A stretch of 64,000 bases of DNA from an uncultured Clostridiaceae bacterium (GTDB taxonomy: Bacteria; Bacillota; Clostridia; TANB77; CAG-508). Every line of letters starts with the position of its first letter. The first letter of the stretch is position 1. Shown here piece after piece: positions 32,401 through 42,100 of the stretch. The position numbers were made by a program, and so were the translations under genes. The DNA is taken from NCBI GenBank assembly GCA_930990125.1, contig CAKNOI010000002.1:16328-80327 (forward strand). Direction: 5' to 3'. The notes under the pieces are model-generated. The model did no database searches. It had not been told where the DNA came from and worked only from the letters and a program-made list of their open reading frames with translations.

Positions 32401-35400
32401 ATCATTTGGTTTTGCTTCATCTAGTTCATATGGTAAGGTATCTACAATGGTTACTCTTCCGGTTCCTATGTAGTTTTCTATGTTAGCAGTATAATGAATG
32501 GTATAGGTAATTGCTTGTTGTTGGTTTGTTATCTCTGTAGTACCTGTCTTTTCGATGCTTGGATTTTTAATGCTAGAGTCTGTTAACTTATAGGTATTGG
32601 TGATAGTGTTTCCACTAATTTGTTTATCATAAAGCTCTAAGTCTCCTGCAGTTTCTTCACGCTCGTCTACCGTATAAGTAATAATACTTCCATCTGCTTG
32701 GTATTTTGGAAGTCCGGTAAAGGTATGTTTCCATCCTTCTTTTTCTGTTACTAAGCTTTCTTGTACTACTTCATCTCCATTTTTTACTTGTAAGTAGATT
32801 GCATCTGGTCTATTTCCATCAGCATTTTCTTCATCTTCCCATGTTTTTACTACTTCTACCTCTGTTACAAAGTTTTCGGTGGTCTCAAAAGTATCTTCTT
32901 TGGTATCTGTATCTTTGGTGGCATCTAAGTAGATTGTTCCACTTACTTTGTTATTTAGGCTTCCTTCTTCCACATTAATGTTTTCATAACTTAATTGGAT
33001 TGTTTTCCTAATATTTATTTCTTTTGCTTCTCCTTGGAATGTGTCTATATCTCCTAAGTTTTCTACCCATGTGATAGTTTTTGCTTCTTTATTGTAGGTT
33101 CCTCCGGCTAAGTCATATGGTTTGGTTTCATCTATTGCATATGGTAAGGTATCTACAATAGTTACTGTTCCGGTTCCTACATAGTTTTCTACGGTCGCAT
33201 GGTAGGTAATGGTGTATTCTACTTGCTCGTCTTTACTGGTTATTTCTGTTGTACCTGTTTTCTCTATGCTTGGTTCTTTGATGTTTGTACTACTCAATTT
33301 ATAGGTATTGGTGATGGTGTTTCCACTAATTTGTTTATTGTAGAGTGCTAGGTCTCCTGGGGTTTCTTCACGTTCGTCTACTGTATAGGTAATAGTACTT
33401 CCTTCTGAACTATATTTTGGTAAACCTGTAAAGGTATATTTCCAATCTGGTCCTGTTACTTTTTGTTCTTGTACTACTTGGTCTCCATTTTTTACTTGTA
33501 AGTAGATTACATCTGGTCTATTTCCGTCTGCATTTTCTTCATCTACCCATGTTTTTACTACTTCTACTTCTGTTACAAAGTTTTGTTTTGTTTCTAAGGT
33601 ATCTTCTTGGGTATTGGTTTCTTTTGTTGTGTCTAAGTCTATTTTTCCACTTACCTTATTTACTAATTTATCTTCTTGTACTGAAATATTTTGATAGTAC
33701 ACTTTTATATTTTTGGTAATATTTATTTCTTTTGCCTCTCCTTGGAAAGTATCAATATCACCTAATTCTTCTACCCAAGTAATGGTTTTTGCTTCTTTGT
33801 TATAGATTCCTCCATCTAGGTTGTTTGGTTTTGATTCGTCTAGTTCATATGGCAAGGTATCTACGATGGTTACTCTTCCGGTTCCTATGTAATTGTTTAC
33901 AGTTGCTGTATAGGAAATAATATAATCTAATGCTTGATCTTTACTAGTAATTTCTAGAGTTCCCATTTTTTGAATACTTGGGTCTTGAATGCTGGTGTCT
34001 GTTAGTTTATAGGTATTGGTAATCGTATTTCCTTTTATTTGTTTGTCATATAAACTTAAATCTCCTGAGGTTTGTTCACGTTCATCTACCGTGTAAGTGA
34101 TAGAATTTCCATCTTCTCCATATTTGGGTAAGTTCGTAAAGGTATGTTTCCAGCCTTCCTTTTCTGTTACTAAGCTTTCTTGTACTACTTCATTTCCGTT
34201 TTTTACTTGTAGATAAATAGCTTTTGGACGGTTTCCGTCTGCATTATCATTATCTACCCATGTTTTTACCGCTTCTACACTTGTTACAAAGTTTTCTGTG
34301 GTTTCAAAAGTATCTTCTGTTGTGTTTGTATCTTTTGTTGTATCTAGCTCTATTTTTCCACTTACTTTGTTACTGAAACTTCCTTCTGTTACATTAATGT
34401 TTTCGTAGCTTAGTTGTATTGTTTTACTGATGTTTATTTCTTTTGCTTCTCCTTGGAAAGTGTCAATATCTCCTAAATCTTCTACCCATGTAATGGTTTT
34501 GGCTTCTTTATCGTAATTTCCTCCATCTAGTTCATATGGTTTGGTTTCATCAATAGCATATGGCAAGGTATCTACTATGGTTACCCTTCCTGTTCCTATA
34601 TAGTTTTCTATTGTTGCGTTGTAAGTTATGGTATATTCTAACTGCTCGTCTTTGCTGGTAATGGTACTTGTTCCTGTTTTGTCAATTGTTGGTTCTTTGA
34701 TGTTTGTATTACTTAATTTATACGTATTGGTTATCGTGTTTCCACTGATTTGTTTATTGTATAACGTTAAATCTCCTGGTGTTTCTTCACGTTCGTCTAC
34801 CGTGTAAGTAATAGAGTTTCCATCTGAACTATATTTTGGTAAATTGTTGAAAGTATGTTTCCAGTCTGGTCCTGTTACTTTTTGTTCTTGTACCACCTGT
34901 TCTCCATTTTTTACTTGTAAATAGATAGCAGTTGGTCTATTTCCATCGGCATTTTCGTTATCTTCCCATGTTTTTATTGCTTCTACAGAGGTAGTAAAGT
35001 TTTCTGTTGTTTCAAGGGTATCTTCTTTGGTGTCAGTATCTTTGGTAGTATCTAAGTAAATTGTTCCACTTACATTGTTTACTAAACTTCCCTCTTCTAC
35101 ATTGATGTTTTCATAGCTTAACTGAATGGTTTTACTAATAGATATTTCTTTTGCTGTTCCTTGGAAGGTGTCTATATCTCCTAAGTTTTCTACCCATGTT
35201 ATGGTTTTTGCTCCTTTATTGTAATTTCCTCCATCTAATTCATATGGTTTGCTTTCGTCGATGGCATATGGCAAAGTATCTACGATGGTTACAGTTCCTG
35301 TTCCTATGTAGTTTTCTACTGTTGCATGGTAGGTTATGGTATATTCTAACTGTTCGTCTTTGCTGGTAATGGTACTTGTTCCTGTTTTGTCAATTGTTGG

Positions 35401-38400
35401 TTCTTTGATGTTTGTATTACTTAATTTATACGTATTGGTTATCGTGTTTCCACTGATTTGTTTATTGTATAACGTTAAATCTCCTGGTGTTTCTTCACGT
35501 TCGTCTACCGTGTAAGTAATAGAGTTTCCATCTGAACTATATTTTGGTAAATTGTTGAAAGTATGTTTCCAGTCTGGTCCTGTTACTTTTTGTTCTTGTA
35601 CCACCTGTTCTCCATTTTTTACTTGTAAATAGATAGCAGTTGGTCTATTTCCATCGGCATTTTCGTTATCTTCCCATGTTTTTACTGCTTCTACACTTGT
35701 TACAAAGTTTTCGGTTGTTGTAAAGGTATCTTCTTTAGTATCTGTTTCTTTTGTTGTGTCTAAGTCTATTTTTCCGCTTACGTTATTTACTAGTGTTCCT
35801 TCTTCTACATTAATATTTTGATAGTATACGGTTATAGTTTTCGTAATACTTATTTCTTCTGCTTCATTACTAAAGGTATCAATATCTCCTAATTCCTCTA
35901 CCCAGGTAATGGTTTTTGCTTCTTTGTTGTATTCTCCTTCCTGTAGGTTATTTGGTTTTGATTCGTCTAATTCATATGGCAGAGTATCTACAATGGTTAC
36001 TCTTCCGGTTCCTATGTAATTATCTACTGTTGCTGTATAGGCAATGGTATAGGTTAGTGCTTGGTCTTTGCTGGTAATTTCTGCAGTACCTGTTTTGTCT
36101 ATGGTAGGATTTTGGATGCTTTGATTGGTTAATTTATAGGTATTGGTTATGGTATTTCCTTCTATTTGTTTTGTGTATAGTTTTAAATCTCCGGTTTCTG
36201 CTTCACGCTCATCTACTGTATAAGTGATGATGTTTCCGTCTTCTTCGTATTTTGGTAGATTGGTGAAGGTATATTTCCAGTCTGGTCCTGTTACTAAAGC
36301 TTCTTCTACCATTTCTGCTCCATTTTTTACTTGTAAGTAAATAGATTCTGGACGGTTACTGTCTGCATTTTCATTATCTACCCATGTTTTTACTGCTTCT
36401 ACAGAAGTTACAAAGTTTTGTGTTGTTTCAAAAGTATCTGTTTTTGTATCAGTATCTTTGGTAGCATCTAAATCTATTTTTCCACTTACATTGTTTATCA
36501 AGCTTGCTTCTTGTACATTGATGTTTTCGTAAGATAGACGAATTGTTTTACTAATATTTATTTGTTTTGCTCCTTGATTAAAGGTATCTACTTCACCTAA
36601 TTCTTCAACCCAGGTAATAGTTTTAGCTTCTTTATTATAGCTTCCTCCTGCTAGGTCATATTCTTTTGTTTCATCTATTTCATATGGTAAGGTATCTACA
36701 ATAGTTACTCTTCCGGTTCCTATGTAGTTTTCTACGGTTGCTGTATAGGTAAGTGTGTATTGTACTTGGTCTTCCTTGCTTGTAATTTCTGTGGTACCTG
36801 TTTTGTCTATGCTTGGAGTTTGAATCGTTGTGTTGGTTAGTTTATAGGTATTGGTGATGGTGTTTCCACTAATTTGTTTATCATATAGTTTTAAGTCTCC
36901 TGCGGTTTCTTCACGTTCGTCTACGGTGTAGGTAATAGGAGTTCCATCGCTACTATATTTTGGTAAGTTGGTAAAGGTATGTTTCCAGTCTGGTCCTGTT
37001 ACTAAAACTTCTTCTACCATTTCATCTCCGTTTTTTACCTGTAAGTAGATGGATTCTGGACGATTACCGTCTGCATCTTCGTTATCTACCCATGTTTTTA
37101 CCGCTTCTACACTTGTTACAAAGTTTTCGGTTGTTTCAAAGGTATCTGTTTGGGTATCGCTATCTTTAGTAGCATCTAAGTCTATTTTTCCGCTTACATT
37201 ATTTACTAGTCTTCCTTCTTCTACATTGATGTTTTCATAGGATAATTGAATGGTTTTACTGATGTTTACTTGTTTTGCTCCTTCTTGGAAGGTGTCTATA
37301 TTTCCTAAGCTTTCTACCCATGTGATGGTTTTTGCTTGTTTGTTATATTCTCCTCCTGCTAGGTCATATGGTTTACTTTCGTCGATAGCATATGGCAAGG
37401 TATCTACAATGGTTACGGTTCCTGTTCCTATATAGTTTTCTACCGTTGCATTATAGGTTATGGTATATTCTAGTTGCTCATCTTTACTGGTAATAGTACT
37501 TGTTCCTGTTTTGTCAATTGCTGGTTCTTTGATATTAGTATTACTTAATTTATAGGTATTGGTGATAGTGTTTCCACTAATTTGTTTATCATATAGTTTT
37601 AAATCTCCTGGATTTTCTTCACGTTCGTCTACCGTATAGGTAATTACACTTCCATCTGCATTATATTTTGGTAGCCCCGTAAAAGTATATCTCCAATCAT
37701 CTCCTGTTACTTTTTGTTCTTGTACCAAACCTTGGTCATTTTTTACTTGTAGATAAATGGCTTCTGGTCTATTTCCATCGGCATTTTCGTTATCTACCCA
37801 TGTTTTTACTGCTTCTACAGAAGTAGTAATTTCTATTGGAGTTGTTACCTGACCTTTAACAGTGTCTTCTTTGGTTGGAGTTTTCAAGCTTAGTTTACCA
37901 CTTACTTGATTTTGTACATTTTCTGCTCCATAATTTATGTCTTTATAATATAATGTTACATTTTTGGTAAAGGTAATGGTTTTAGCTCCTGTTTGGTAGG
38001 TATCAAAGTTTTCTATTGTTTCTACCCAAGTAATTGTCTTTTGTCCAGCATCATAGTTTCCGCCATCCAATTGATTTACTTTACCTTCATCTAAGGCATA
38101 TGGTAAGGTATCTACGATGGTTACAGTTGCTTCTCCTATATACTGATTTACATTTACTTGATATTGAATCGTATAAGAAACAGCATCTGTATCTGAAGTT
38201 ATTTTTTCTGGTCCTGTTTTGGTAATACTATGTCCCGTGATGGCTGGTTCTACTTTTTTATAGTAGAAAATAACTTCTATTGGGTCTTTTGTTAAATATC
38301 CTGTACTATTGGTTGGTTCTGGTTCTTCTGCTTCATAGCTTGCAATTTCTTCTCTTGTAAAAGAATAACTATCTCCTACATAGCCACTTTGTGTTTTTTG

Positions 38401-41400
38401 TTGTAGTATTTCTTCTCCTGTTGCTTTATCAATATATTTTACTGTTACCCCACCAGCTACAATTTTCTGGAATTCTACTCGTACATTAATATTTTTTGTT
38501 ACATTGGTAAATTTATCTAATGTAACTACTCCATTTTCTCCTGCTTCTGGAATTTCTATTGGTTCGTCATTAACATAAATTGCTTTTATTTCATAATTAG
38601 GATTTGGAGTAATTACAATATCTTTTACAGAATTTTCTCCATGTCGTACTGTTTCGTATGGATTCTGGTCGCTTCCTGAGATGGTTCCCCCTTCTCCTGC
38701 TTCTGTTGTTATTTGATAAGTAATTTTTTCATTCGTTAATCCAACAGATACAACAGCTTCTTGTTCATTGCTACCTGATGTTATTTGTGCTTCTCCATTA
38801 AAGCTTCCTTTTAATACTTGTAATTTCCATGTTCCGCTTTCAGAAATGAGTTTAAATTGGATTTGGTTTCCTTCTTCTACTTGGTATCCTTCTAATGGTT
38901 CTTCTGATAAAGTATATATTTCATTTGGATATAAGCCTGCGATACGTATTTGTCCTAGTGCATTTGTTTTGTATTTTGTTACAGATAATCCTCTTCCATT
39001 TAAGTTAAATGTTACATTTTGTATAATAGTTCCTGAGTTTTCATCTGTTTTGGTTAATAAAAAGGTATATTTTTCTCCTTCTGGTATTACTAACCCAACT
39101 TTTCCAGATTCTGCTGTATTATTTTGGTTATAATATACTCCAAATGTTCCATAGCTTGTGCTTAAATAGCTTTGATTTGCTGGTACCGTAAATGGATAAG
39201 TGAATTGTAACATTTCACCTGCTGGCAATGTAAAGTCGTTTGTTACAATTAAATAGGATTTTATTGTTTTTAAATCACTTGGTGTTGTTGTCCAGCCATT
39301 ACTTGGTTCTGCTATATCTTTTGTTGCATCTGCATTTTCGGAATAGTAGATAGTCATTTGACTTGGTTCTATTCCTGCTACTGCTGTAATATTCCCTGCT
39401 AACAGAGTAGTAAAGGTGCTTCCTAAATCTTCTCCACTTACTGGTGTTTTATTTCCTTGTGTTGGAATTCTTCCTAATATTACTGGATTTGTACATTCTG
39501 CAAAAGTATTGTTTAATATTTTTAGTGTCATATTTGCTGTAGTATCTTGGTTGTTATTTTCTATCTTTCCAGTATTATTTGTTTCTTCTAGAGAACTTAC
39601 TACTTTTCCTGTACTTTCATAATTACTTATTTCTGATACACTAATAAGTTCAGGGTCTGCAATAAATCCTACTTGTATTGTATCTATACCATTTACACCA
39701 TCTTCTGGAATTCCTTCTAGTGCCCATGGTACTTCATTATAGTAATGTACGGAACTTTCATTGTAATAATACATGTTAATATCTTTAGCAACAGTTGGTG
39801 TCATTGGGTCTACTGTTAAATTAGTGTTAATTTCTATTGTGGTATCTTTTGTATATAGATTTGTTGATTCTCCATCTACTGTAACACGTAAATAGTTTTT
39901 TCCATTTCTTTTTATTACTTCTACATTTTTAATGGATAAATCATTTGTATATAACATTCTAGATGCGTTTATTTCTACATCTGTAATATATTCTGGAAGT
40001 TCTATATCAAAAATAGGACGTGCATACCATTCAAATTTTGCTGGTGCTCCATTTTTTACTGTAATCGTTAATATTACATTTTCATTTACTTTTCCTACTT
40101 CAAGGCTTTGTTTACTAATACTTATGGTGGATTGTGAAAGTGGTTCTACTAATGGAAGCATTGCCTCTGCTGAGCCACCACCTGTATAATCGGATTCTCC
40201 GTCTTTTCTAGAGGTATTGGTAAAACCTTCAGCTAGGTTTTGGAATGTTGAAATTTCTGCTTTTGTATATGGCATGTCTGGACTTATGTCTCTGTGGGCA
40301 ATGTATGTGTATGTTCCAGATATTACAATCGGTTTTGAGGTAATAGAAACAACCGGTCCTGTTTTTTCTGGTAAATTAATATAATAGAATCCATTTTCAT
40401 CTAATGGTGAATTTTTATTGATAGTTCCTAATAATGTTCCTTTTTTATCGTATACTTGTACATAACCTTCTGTACCAAATATCATTTCAAAGTTTTGTTT
40501 GCTCATAGCAAACATAGTCGTATAAATATAATTTACTCCATCTACATTAGTGGAATAACGGTTTCCTTCTGCATCTACAAATTCTTGGTCATGTTCTTCT
40601 ATTCGTAAGCTATTGATGGTTCCTAATTCCTGTATCTCTAAACTTACATTAAAATTATATCCTTGTTCTACTCCTGATTCTTGTTTAATACTGTTACGAT
40701 AAAATATTGCTTTTTCTAATGCTCCTTCAGAATCTGCACCTACTATTTCTTTTAATGTGTAGTTGTCTTCTGCTGTATTTGTAAAGGTTTTAGTAGAAGT
40801 ATTGCTATATACTTCCATGGTTGAGGTTGTTTTACAAAGGAAAGCATTTCCTGTTTCCATAATAGAATCATATGCTGATGCTGGATAGTCAAAAGTAATT
40901 AAATATTCATCTGTTCCCAGACTAGATGCTACTACATTGTTTTCTGGTGTGTTTTCCACTTGTATGGTAATGGTATGATTTTCTAAGTCTGCACTACAGT
41001 TTGCATTGGAGAAAATTACCTCATTTCCTACAGTTCCATCTCTACCATTGGTTGCTGCTGTACTTACTGCTGCTACAGCATACTGTGTTGGATTGATTCC
41101 ATTAAAGGTAGGTATTTGCATTGTTACTGTTGTTTTCTTTACAGGTAATGGATATGGTTTAGTAGCAGTATCTAATCTCGTTCTTACTGCTATTTGTATA
41201 GTAATTCCTCTTTCTCCATTTCTGTTATAAGGAATGTATTTTGAAATTCTTTGTGCTACATGTATATTAAAGTTAGCTTCCCAACCTAAGTTTACATAGA
41301 TTGATTTGTTAATAGACACTACACTTCCGTCATCACCATAATAGGTTCCTGTTAGCGTTATTTTGCTATTTTGATTCATCTTTTTTAAATCAAAATCTGC

Positions 41401-41841
41401 TGTAGCATCAATACTTAACGGAAAACTTCCTGTAATATAGCCATCTGTTATTTGTCTAAAATAAATTGTTTTATTTTCCGCATCAATTCTGTCTATAACT
41501 TGACTTGTTCCAGATAGCTTAATTGGCATCATAAAATTATTATCTAATGTGCCATTTTCGTCTGTTACTTTTATTACTGGGTTTTCAAGTCTTCCTTCTT
41601 CTACATTAATTTGGTAGTTAATCTCTGGTCTTTGCCCATTAATGTCTGCTACCATAGAATGAGTTTCTGTTCCTGTACTTGATGTAAAATAGGCCTTGAA
41701 TTTTACTTTGTCACTTTGAGTAGTATTATCTTGTCCCTCTAAGTCTACTGCTACTGCTGTATTGGTAACAAAGATAGGCAACATGCTTAGTAATAAAAGT
41801 ATTACTAAAATGAATTTACAAATTACTTTTCCTTTCTTCAT
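29461..41841 (-). CDS. Giant cell-surface adhesin (4126 aa): signal peptide, N-terminal region, MucBP-like domains, 10 tandem DUF11-like + CnaB-type units, C-terminal TM anchor
   Basis: N-terminus MKKGKVICKFILVILLLLSMLPIFVTNTAVA is a signal peptide. The unit KTWVDNENADGNRP..IYLQVKNG....VTGPDWKYTFTNLPKY..DG..ITYTVDERE (CnaB-type) recurs 10 times. Each copy is preceded by a TG...ITSKD...YTI.Y.ATVENYIGTG.VTIVDTLPY..DE segment (DUF11-like conserved repeat). MucBP-like segments include AGGVTVKYIDKATGEEIL and AGGITVHYVDKETGEEL. The C-terminus has a hydrophobic stretch IVIAILVLSTAVVIIV + HYRTKTKQR and no LPXTG. Confidence 0.85.
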   Translation of the reverse strand: MKKGKVICKFILVILLLLSMLPIFVTNTAVAVDLEGQDNTTQSDKVKFKAYFTSSTGTETHSMVADINGQRPEINYQINVEEGRLENPVIKVTDENGTLDNNFMMPIKLSGTSQVIDRIDAENKTIYFRQITDGYITGSFPLSIDATADFDLKKMNQNSKITLTGTYYGDDGSVVSINKSIYVNLGWEANFNIHVAQRISKYIPYNRNGERGITIQIAVRTRLDTATKPYPLPVKKTTVTMQIPTFNGINPTQYAVAAVSTAATNGRDGTVGNEVIFSNANCSADLENHTITIQVENTPENNVVASSLGTDEYLITFDYPASAYDSIMETGNAFLCKTTSTMEVYSNTSTKTFTNTAEDNYTLKEIVGADSEGALEKAIFYRNSIKQESGVEQGYNFNVSLEIQELGTINSLRIEEHDQEFVDAEGNRYSTNVDGVNYIYTTMFAMSKQNFEMIFGTEGYVQVYDKKGTLLGTINKNSPLDENGFYYINLPEKTGPVVSITSKPIVISGTYTYIAHRDISPDMPYTKAEISTFQNLAEGFTNTSRKDGESDYTGGGSAEAMLPLVEPLSQSTISISKQSLEVGKVNENVILTITVKNGAPAKFEWYARPIFDIELPEYITDVEINASRMLYTNDLSIKNVEVIKRNGKNYLRVTVDGESTNLYTKDTTIEINTNLTVDPMTPTVAKDINMYYYNESSVHYYNEVPWALEGIPEDGVNGIDTIQVGFIADPELISVSEISNYESTGKVVSSLEETNNTGKIENNNQDTTANMTLKILNNTFAECTNPVILGRIPTQGNKTPVSGEDLGSTFTTLLAGNITAVAGIEPSQMTIYYSENADATKDIAEPSNGWTTTPSDLKTIKSYLIVTNDFTLPAGEMLQFTYPFTVPANQSYLSTSYGTFGVYYNQNNTAESGKVGLVIPEGEKYTFLLTKTDENSGTIIQNVTFNLNGRGLSVTKYKTNALGQIRIAGLYPNEIYTLSEEPLEGYQVEEGNQIQFKLISESGTWKLQVLKGSFNGEAQITSGSNEQEAVVSVGLTNEKITYQITTEAGEGGTISGSDQNPYETVRHGENSVKDIVITPNPNYEIKAIYVNDEPIEIPEAGENGVVTLDKFTNVTKNINVRVEFQKIVAGGVTVKYIDKATGEEILQQKTQSGYVGDSYSFTREEIASYEAEEPEPTNSTGYLTKDPIEVIFYYKKVEPAITGHSITKTGPEKITSDTDAVSYTIQYQVNVNQYIGEATVTIVDTLPYALDEGKVNQLDGGNYDAGQKTITWVETIENFDTYQTGAKTITFTKNVTLYYKDINYGAENVQNQVSGKLSLKTPTKEDTVKGQVTTPIEITTSVEAVKTWVDNENADGNRPEAIYLQVKNDQGLVQEQKVTGDDWRYTFTGLPKYNADGSVITYTVDEREENPGDLKLYDKQISGNTITNTYKLSNTNIKEPAIDKTGTSTITSKDEQLEYTITYNATVENYIGTGTVTIVDTLPYAIDESKPYDLAGGEYNKQAKTITWVESLGNIDTFQEGAKQVNISKTIQLSYENINVEEGRLVNNVSGKIDLDATKDSDTQTDTFETTENFVTSVEAVKTWVDNEDADGNRPESIYLQVKNGDEMVEEVLVTGPDWKHTFTNLPKYSSDGTPITYTVDEREETAGDLKLYDKQISGNTITNTYKLTNTTIQTPSIDKTGTTEITSKEDQVQYTLTYTATVENYIGTGRVTIVDTLPYEIDETKEYDLAGGSYNKEAKTITWVEELGEVDTFNQGAKQINISKTIRLSYENINVQEASLINNVSGKIDLDATKDTDTKTDTFETTQNFVTSVEAVKTWVDNENADSNRPESIYLQVKNGAEMVEEALVTGPDWKYTFTNLPKYEEDGNIITYTVDEREAETGDLKLYTKQIEGNTITNTYKLTNQSIQNPTIDKTGTAEITSKDQALTYTIAYTATVDNYIGTGRVTIVDTLPYELDESKPNNLQEGEYNKEAKTITWVEELGDIDTFSNEAEEISITKTITVYYQNINVEEGTLVNNVSGKIDLDTTKETDTKEDTFTTTENFVTSVEAVKTWEDNENADGNRPTAIYLQVKNGEQVVQEQKVTGPDWKHTFNNLPKYSSDGNSITYTVDEREETPGDLTLYNKQISGNTITNTYKLSNTNIKEPTIDKTGTSTITSKDEQLEYTITYHATVENYIGTGTVTIVDTLPYAIDESKPYELDGGNYNKGAKTITWVENLGDIDTFQGTAKEISISKTIQLSYENINVEEGSLVNNVSGTIYLDTTKDTDTKEDTLETTENFTTSVEAIKTWEDNENADGNRPTAIYLQVKNGEQVVQEQKVTGPDWKHTFNNLPKYSSDGNSITYTVDEREETPGDLTLYNKQISGNTITNTYKLSNTNIKEPTIDKTGTSTITSKDEQLEYTITYNATIENYIGTGRVTIVDTLPYAIDETKPYELDGGNYDKEAKTITWVEDLGDIDTFQGEAKEINISKTIQLSYENINVTEGSFSNKVSGKIELDTTKDTNTTEDTFETTENFVTSVEAVKTWVDNDNADGNRPKAIYLQVKNGNEVVQESLVTEKEGWKHTFTNLPKYGEDGNSITYTVDEREQTSGDLSLYDKQIKGNTITNTYKLTDTSIQDPSIQKMGTLEITSKDQALDYIISYTATVNNYIGTGRVTIVDTLPYELDESKPNNLDGGIYNKEAKTITWVEELGDIDTFQGEAKEINITKNIKVYYQNISVQEDKLVNKVSGKIDLDTTKETNTQEDTLETKQNFVTEVEVVKTWVDEENADGNRPDVIYLQVKNGDQVVQEQKVTGPDWKYTFTGLPKYSSEGSTITYTVDEREETPGDLALYNKQISGNTITNTYKLSSTNIKEPSIEKTGTTEITSKDEQVEYTITYHATVENYVGTGTVTIVDTLPYAIDETKPYDLAGGTYNKEAKTITWVENLGDIDTFQGEAKEINIRKTIQLSYENINVEEGSLNNKVSGTIYLDATKDTDTKEDTFETTENFVTEVEVVKTWEDEENADGNRPDAIYLQVKNGDEVVQESLVTEKEGWKHTFTGLPKYQADGSIITYTVDEREETAGDLELYDKQISGNTITNTYKLTDSSIKNPSIEKTGTTEITNQQQAITYTIHYTANIENYIGTGRVTIVDTLPYELDEAKPNDLAGGNYDKQTKTITWVEELGEMDTFAGQTKEINISKTITVYYQNISPAEGKIVNQVTGKVELDTTKETNTKQDTWETTKNFLTEVEVVKTWVDNENADGNRPESIYLQVKNGNEVVQESLVTEKEGWKHTFTGLPKYHADGSIINYTVDEREVNAGDLTLYDKQINGNIITNTYKLSETSIKNPTIEKTGTDVIANETESLTYKIAYNVTIENYLGNAQVTIVDTLPYELDETKENKLDGGTYDAKTKTITWTQTIENIDTYQKESMLVSITKNIEVYYKEIKEEDASFVNTAKATITLDTTKETQTVTDKAETSKNFTTELQVSKIWKDNNNQDGNRPEAIYLQVKDGNTVVQEQKVDETNDWKYTFTGLPKYHTDGSIINYTADEKEVKKGDLTFYQKSINGNVITNTYTLNKESIQNPKIEKEGPAEITEVTDAITYTITYQANVTNYQGNGTLTIVDTLPYPLDETKENNLAGGTYDKEAQTITWVEELSNINAIGDNVQTITWNKAIQVYYSITDDTVTSIRNTVKGTIFLENGEQTDTQEDTQTVVTKQDGSILVHYYLEGTTQKIAEDVVIVGKVGETYQTTEAKDIDSKYELVTVPDNKEGTIGENSQTVIYYYRIKTYEITTEAGEGGSITGSEEKPFEVVNHGEDSQKEIIIIPSTGYKVSNVYINDVPVDFTVREDGTVTLEQIKNVTENKKVVAVFEKIPAGGITVHYVDKETGEELLPTEQIEGGYVGETYVVKRKDIPYYNPVLPEPENSKGRLTEGNIDVTFYYQKQVFDITVDKWIQSVTVDGETKAENTYASKGEIVKRDVHAKKTNQTTIEVSYCIRVSNTGEIAGTVGKVIESIPEGMYWNPEENPGWIQDEVTGYIINDSLAEVTLNPGEYKELEFVLHWKQGEANIGEQINQVFIQDVNNEAQYPDSKPNNDTAQAELLIAISPGIFENHITYIVIAILVLSTAVVIIVHYRTKTKQR
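30900..38500 (-). repeat. Intragenic tandem repeat array, about 10 units of 708-714 nt, several nearly identical at DNA level
   Basis: For example, 34630..34990 and 35338..35700 are identical apart from about 3 mismatches over roughly 360 nt. The protein repeat 4/5 segments are identical. Confidence 0.8.
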
Positions 41842-42041
41842 ATTAACCTCTCCTTTTGAATGATAACTTTCCTCTTTATACTATAACTAGTTTTATTTTG
41901 TTTGTAAATGGGGGATTTTGGCAAGATTAGTAATTTGTTACAAAGGTGTTTCTTTTCTGCTTACGGAAATGGTTTTTGCCATTTTTTTTGCGAAATATGA
42001 CATTTTAATGATATTTTTGTAATATTTCCAAGATTTGCATC

Positions 42042-42078
42042 AAAAAAAGAGAGGATGTGAACATAACATTCTCTCTTT
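42042..42078 (-). terminator. Rho-independent terminator downstream of rpoC
   Basis: Minus-strand hairpin (agagag...ctctct) followed by TTTTTTT. Confidence 0.55.
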
Positions 42079-42100
42079 TCTTTGTATCCGTAGGTTTTTT

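Noticed and set aside
30900-38500. Possibility that the regular about 710-nt periodicity is a CRISPR-like or satellite array
   Set aside because: The period is a multiple of 3, the region is one continuous ORF encoding folded DUF11/CnaB domains, and there are no short repeats with unique spacers.
29600-41230. Numerous 60-130-aa plus-strand ORFs inside the adhesin gene, and similar antisense ORFs inside rpoB, rpoC, ftsH, dnaB and gdpP
   Set aside because: They are antisense to long, strongly supported genes, have low-complexity or hydrophobic composition typical of reverse-frame artefacts, and lack RBSs.
29470-41760. LPXTG or other sortase motif at the adhesin C-terminus
   Set aside because: The last 60 residues were searched by eye. 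Only a hydrophobic helix plus HYRTKTKQR tail is present, with no LPXTG, SPXTG or NPQTN, so no sortase signal is reported.
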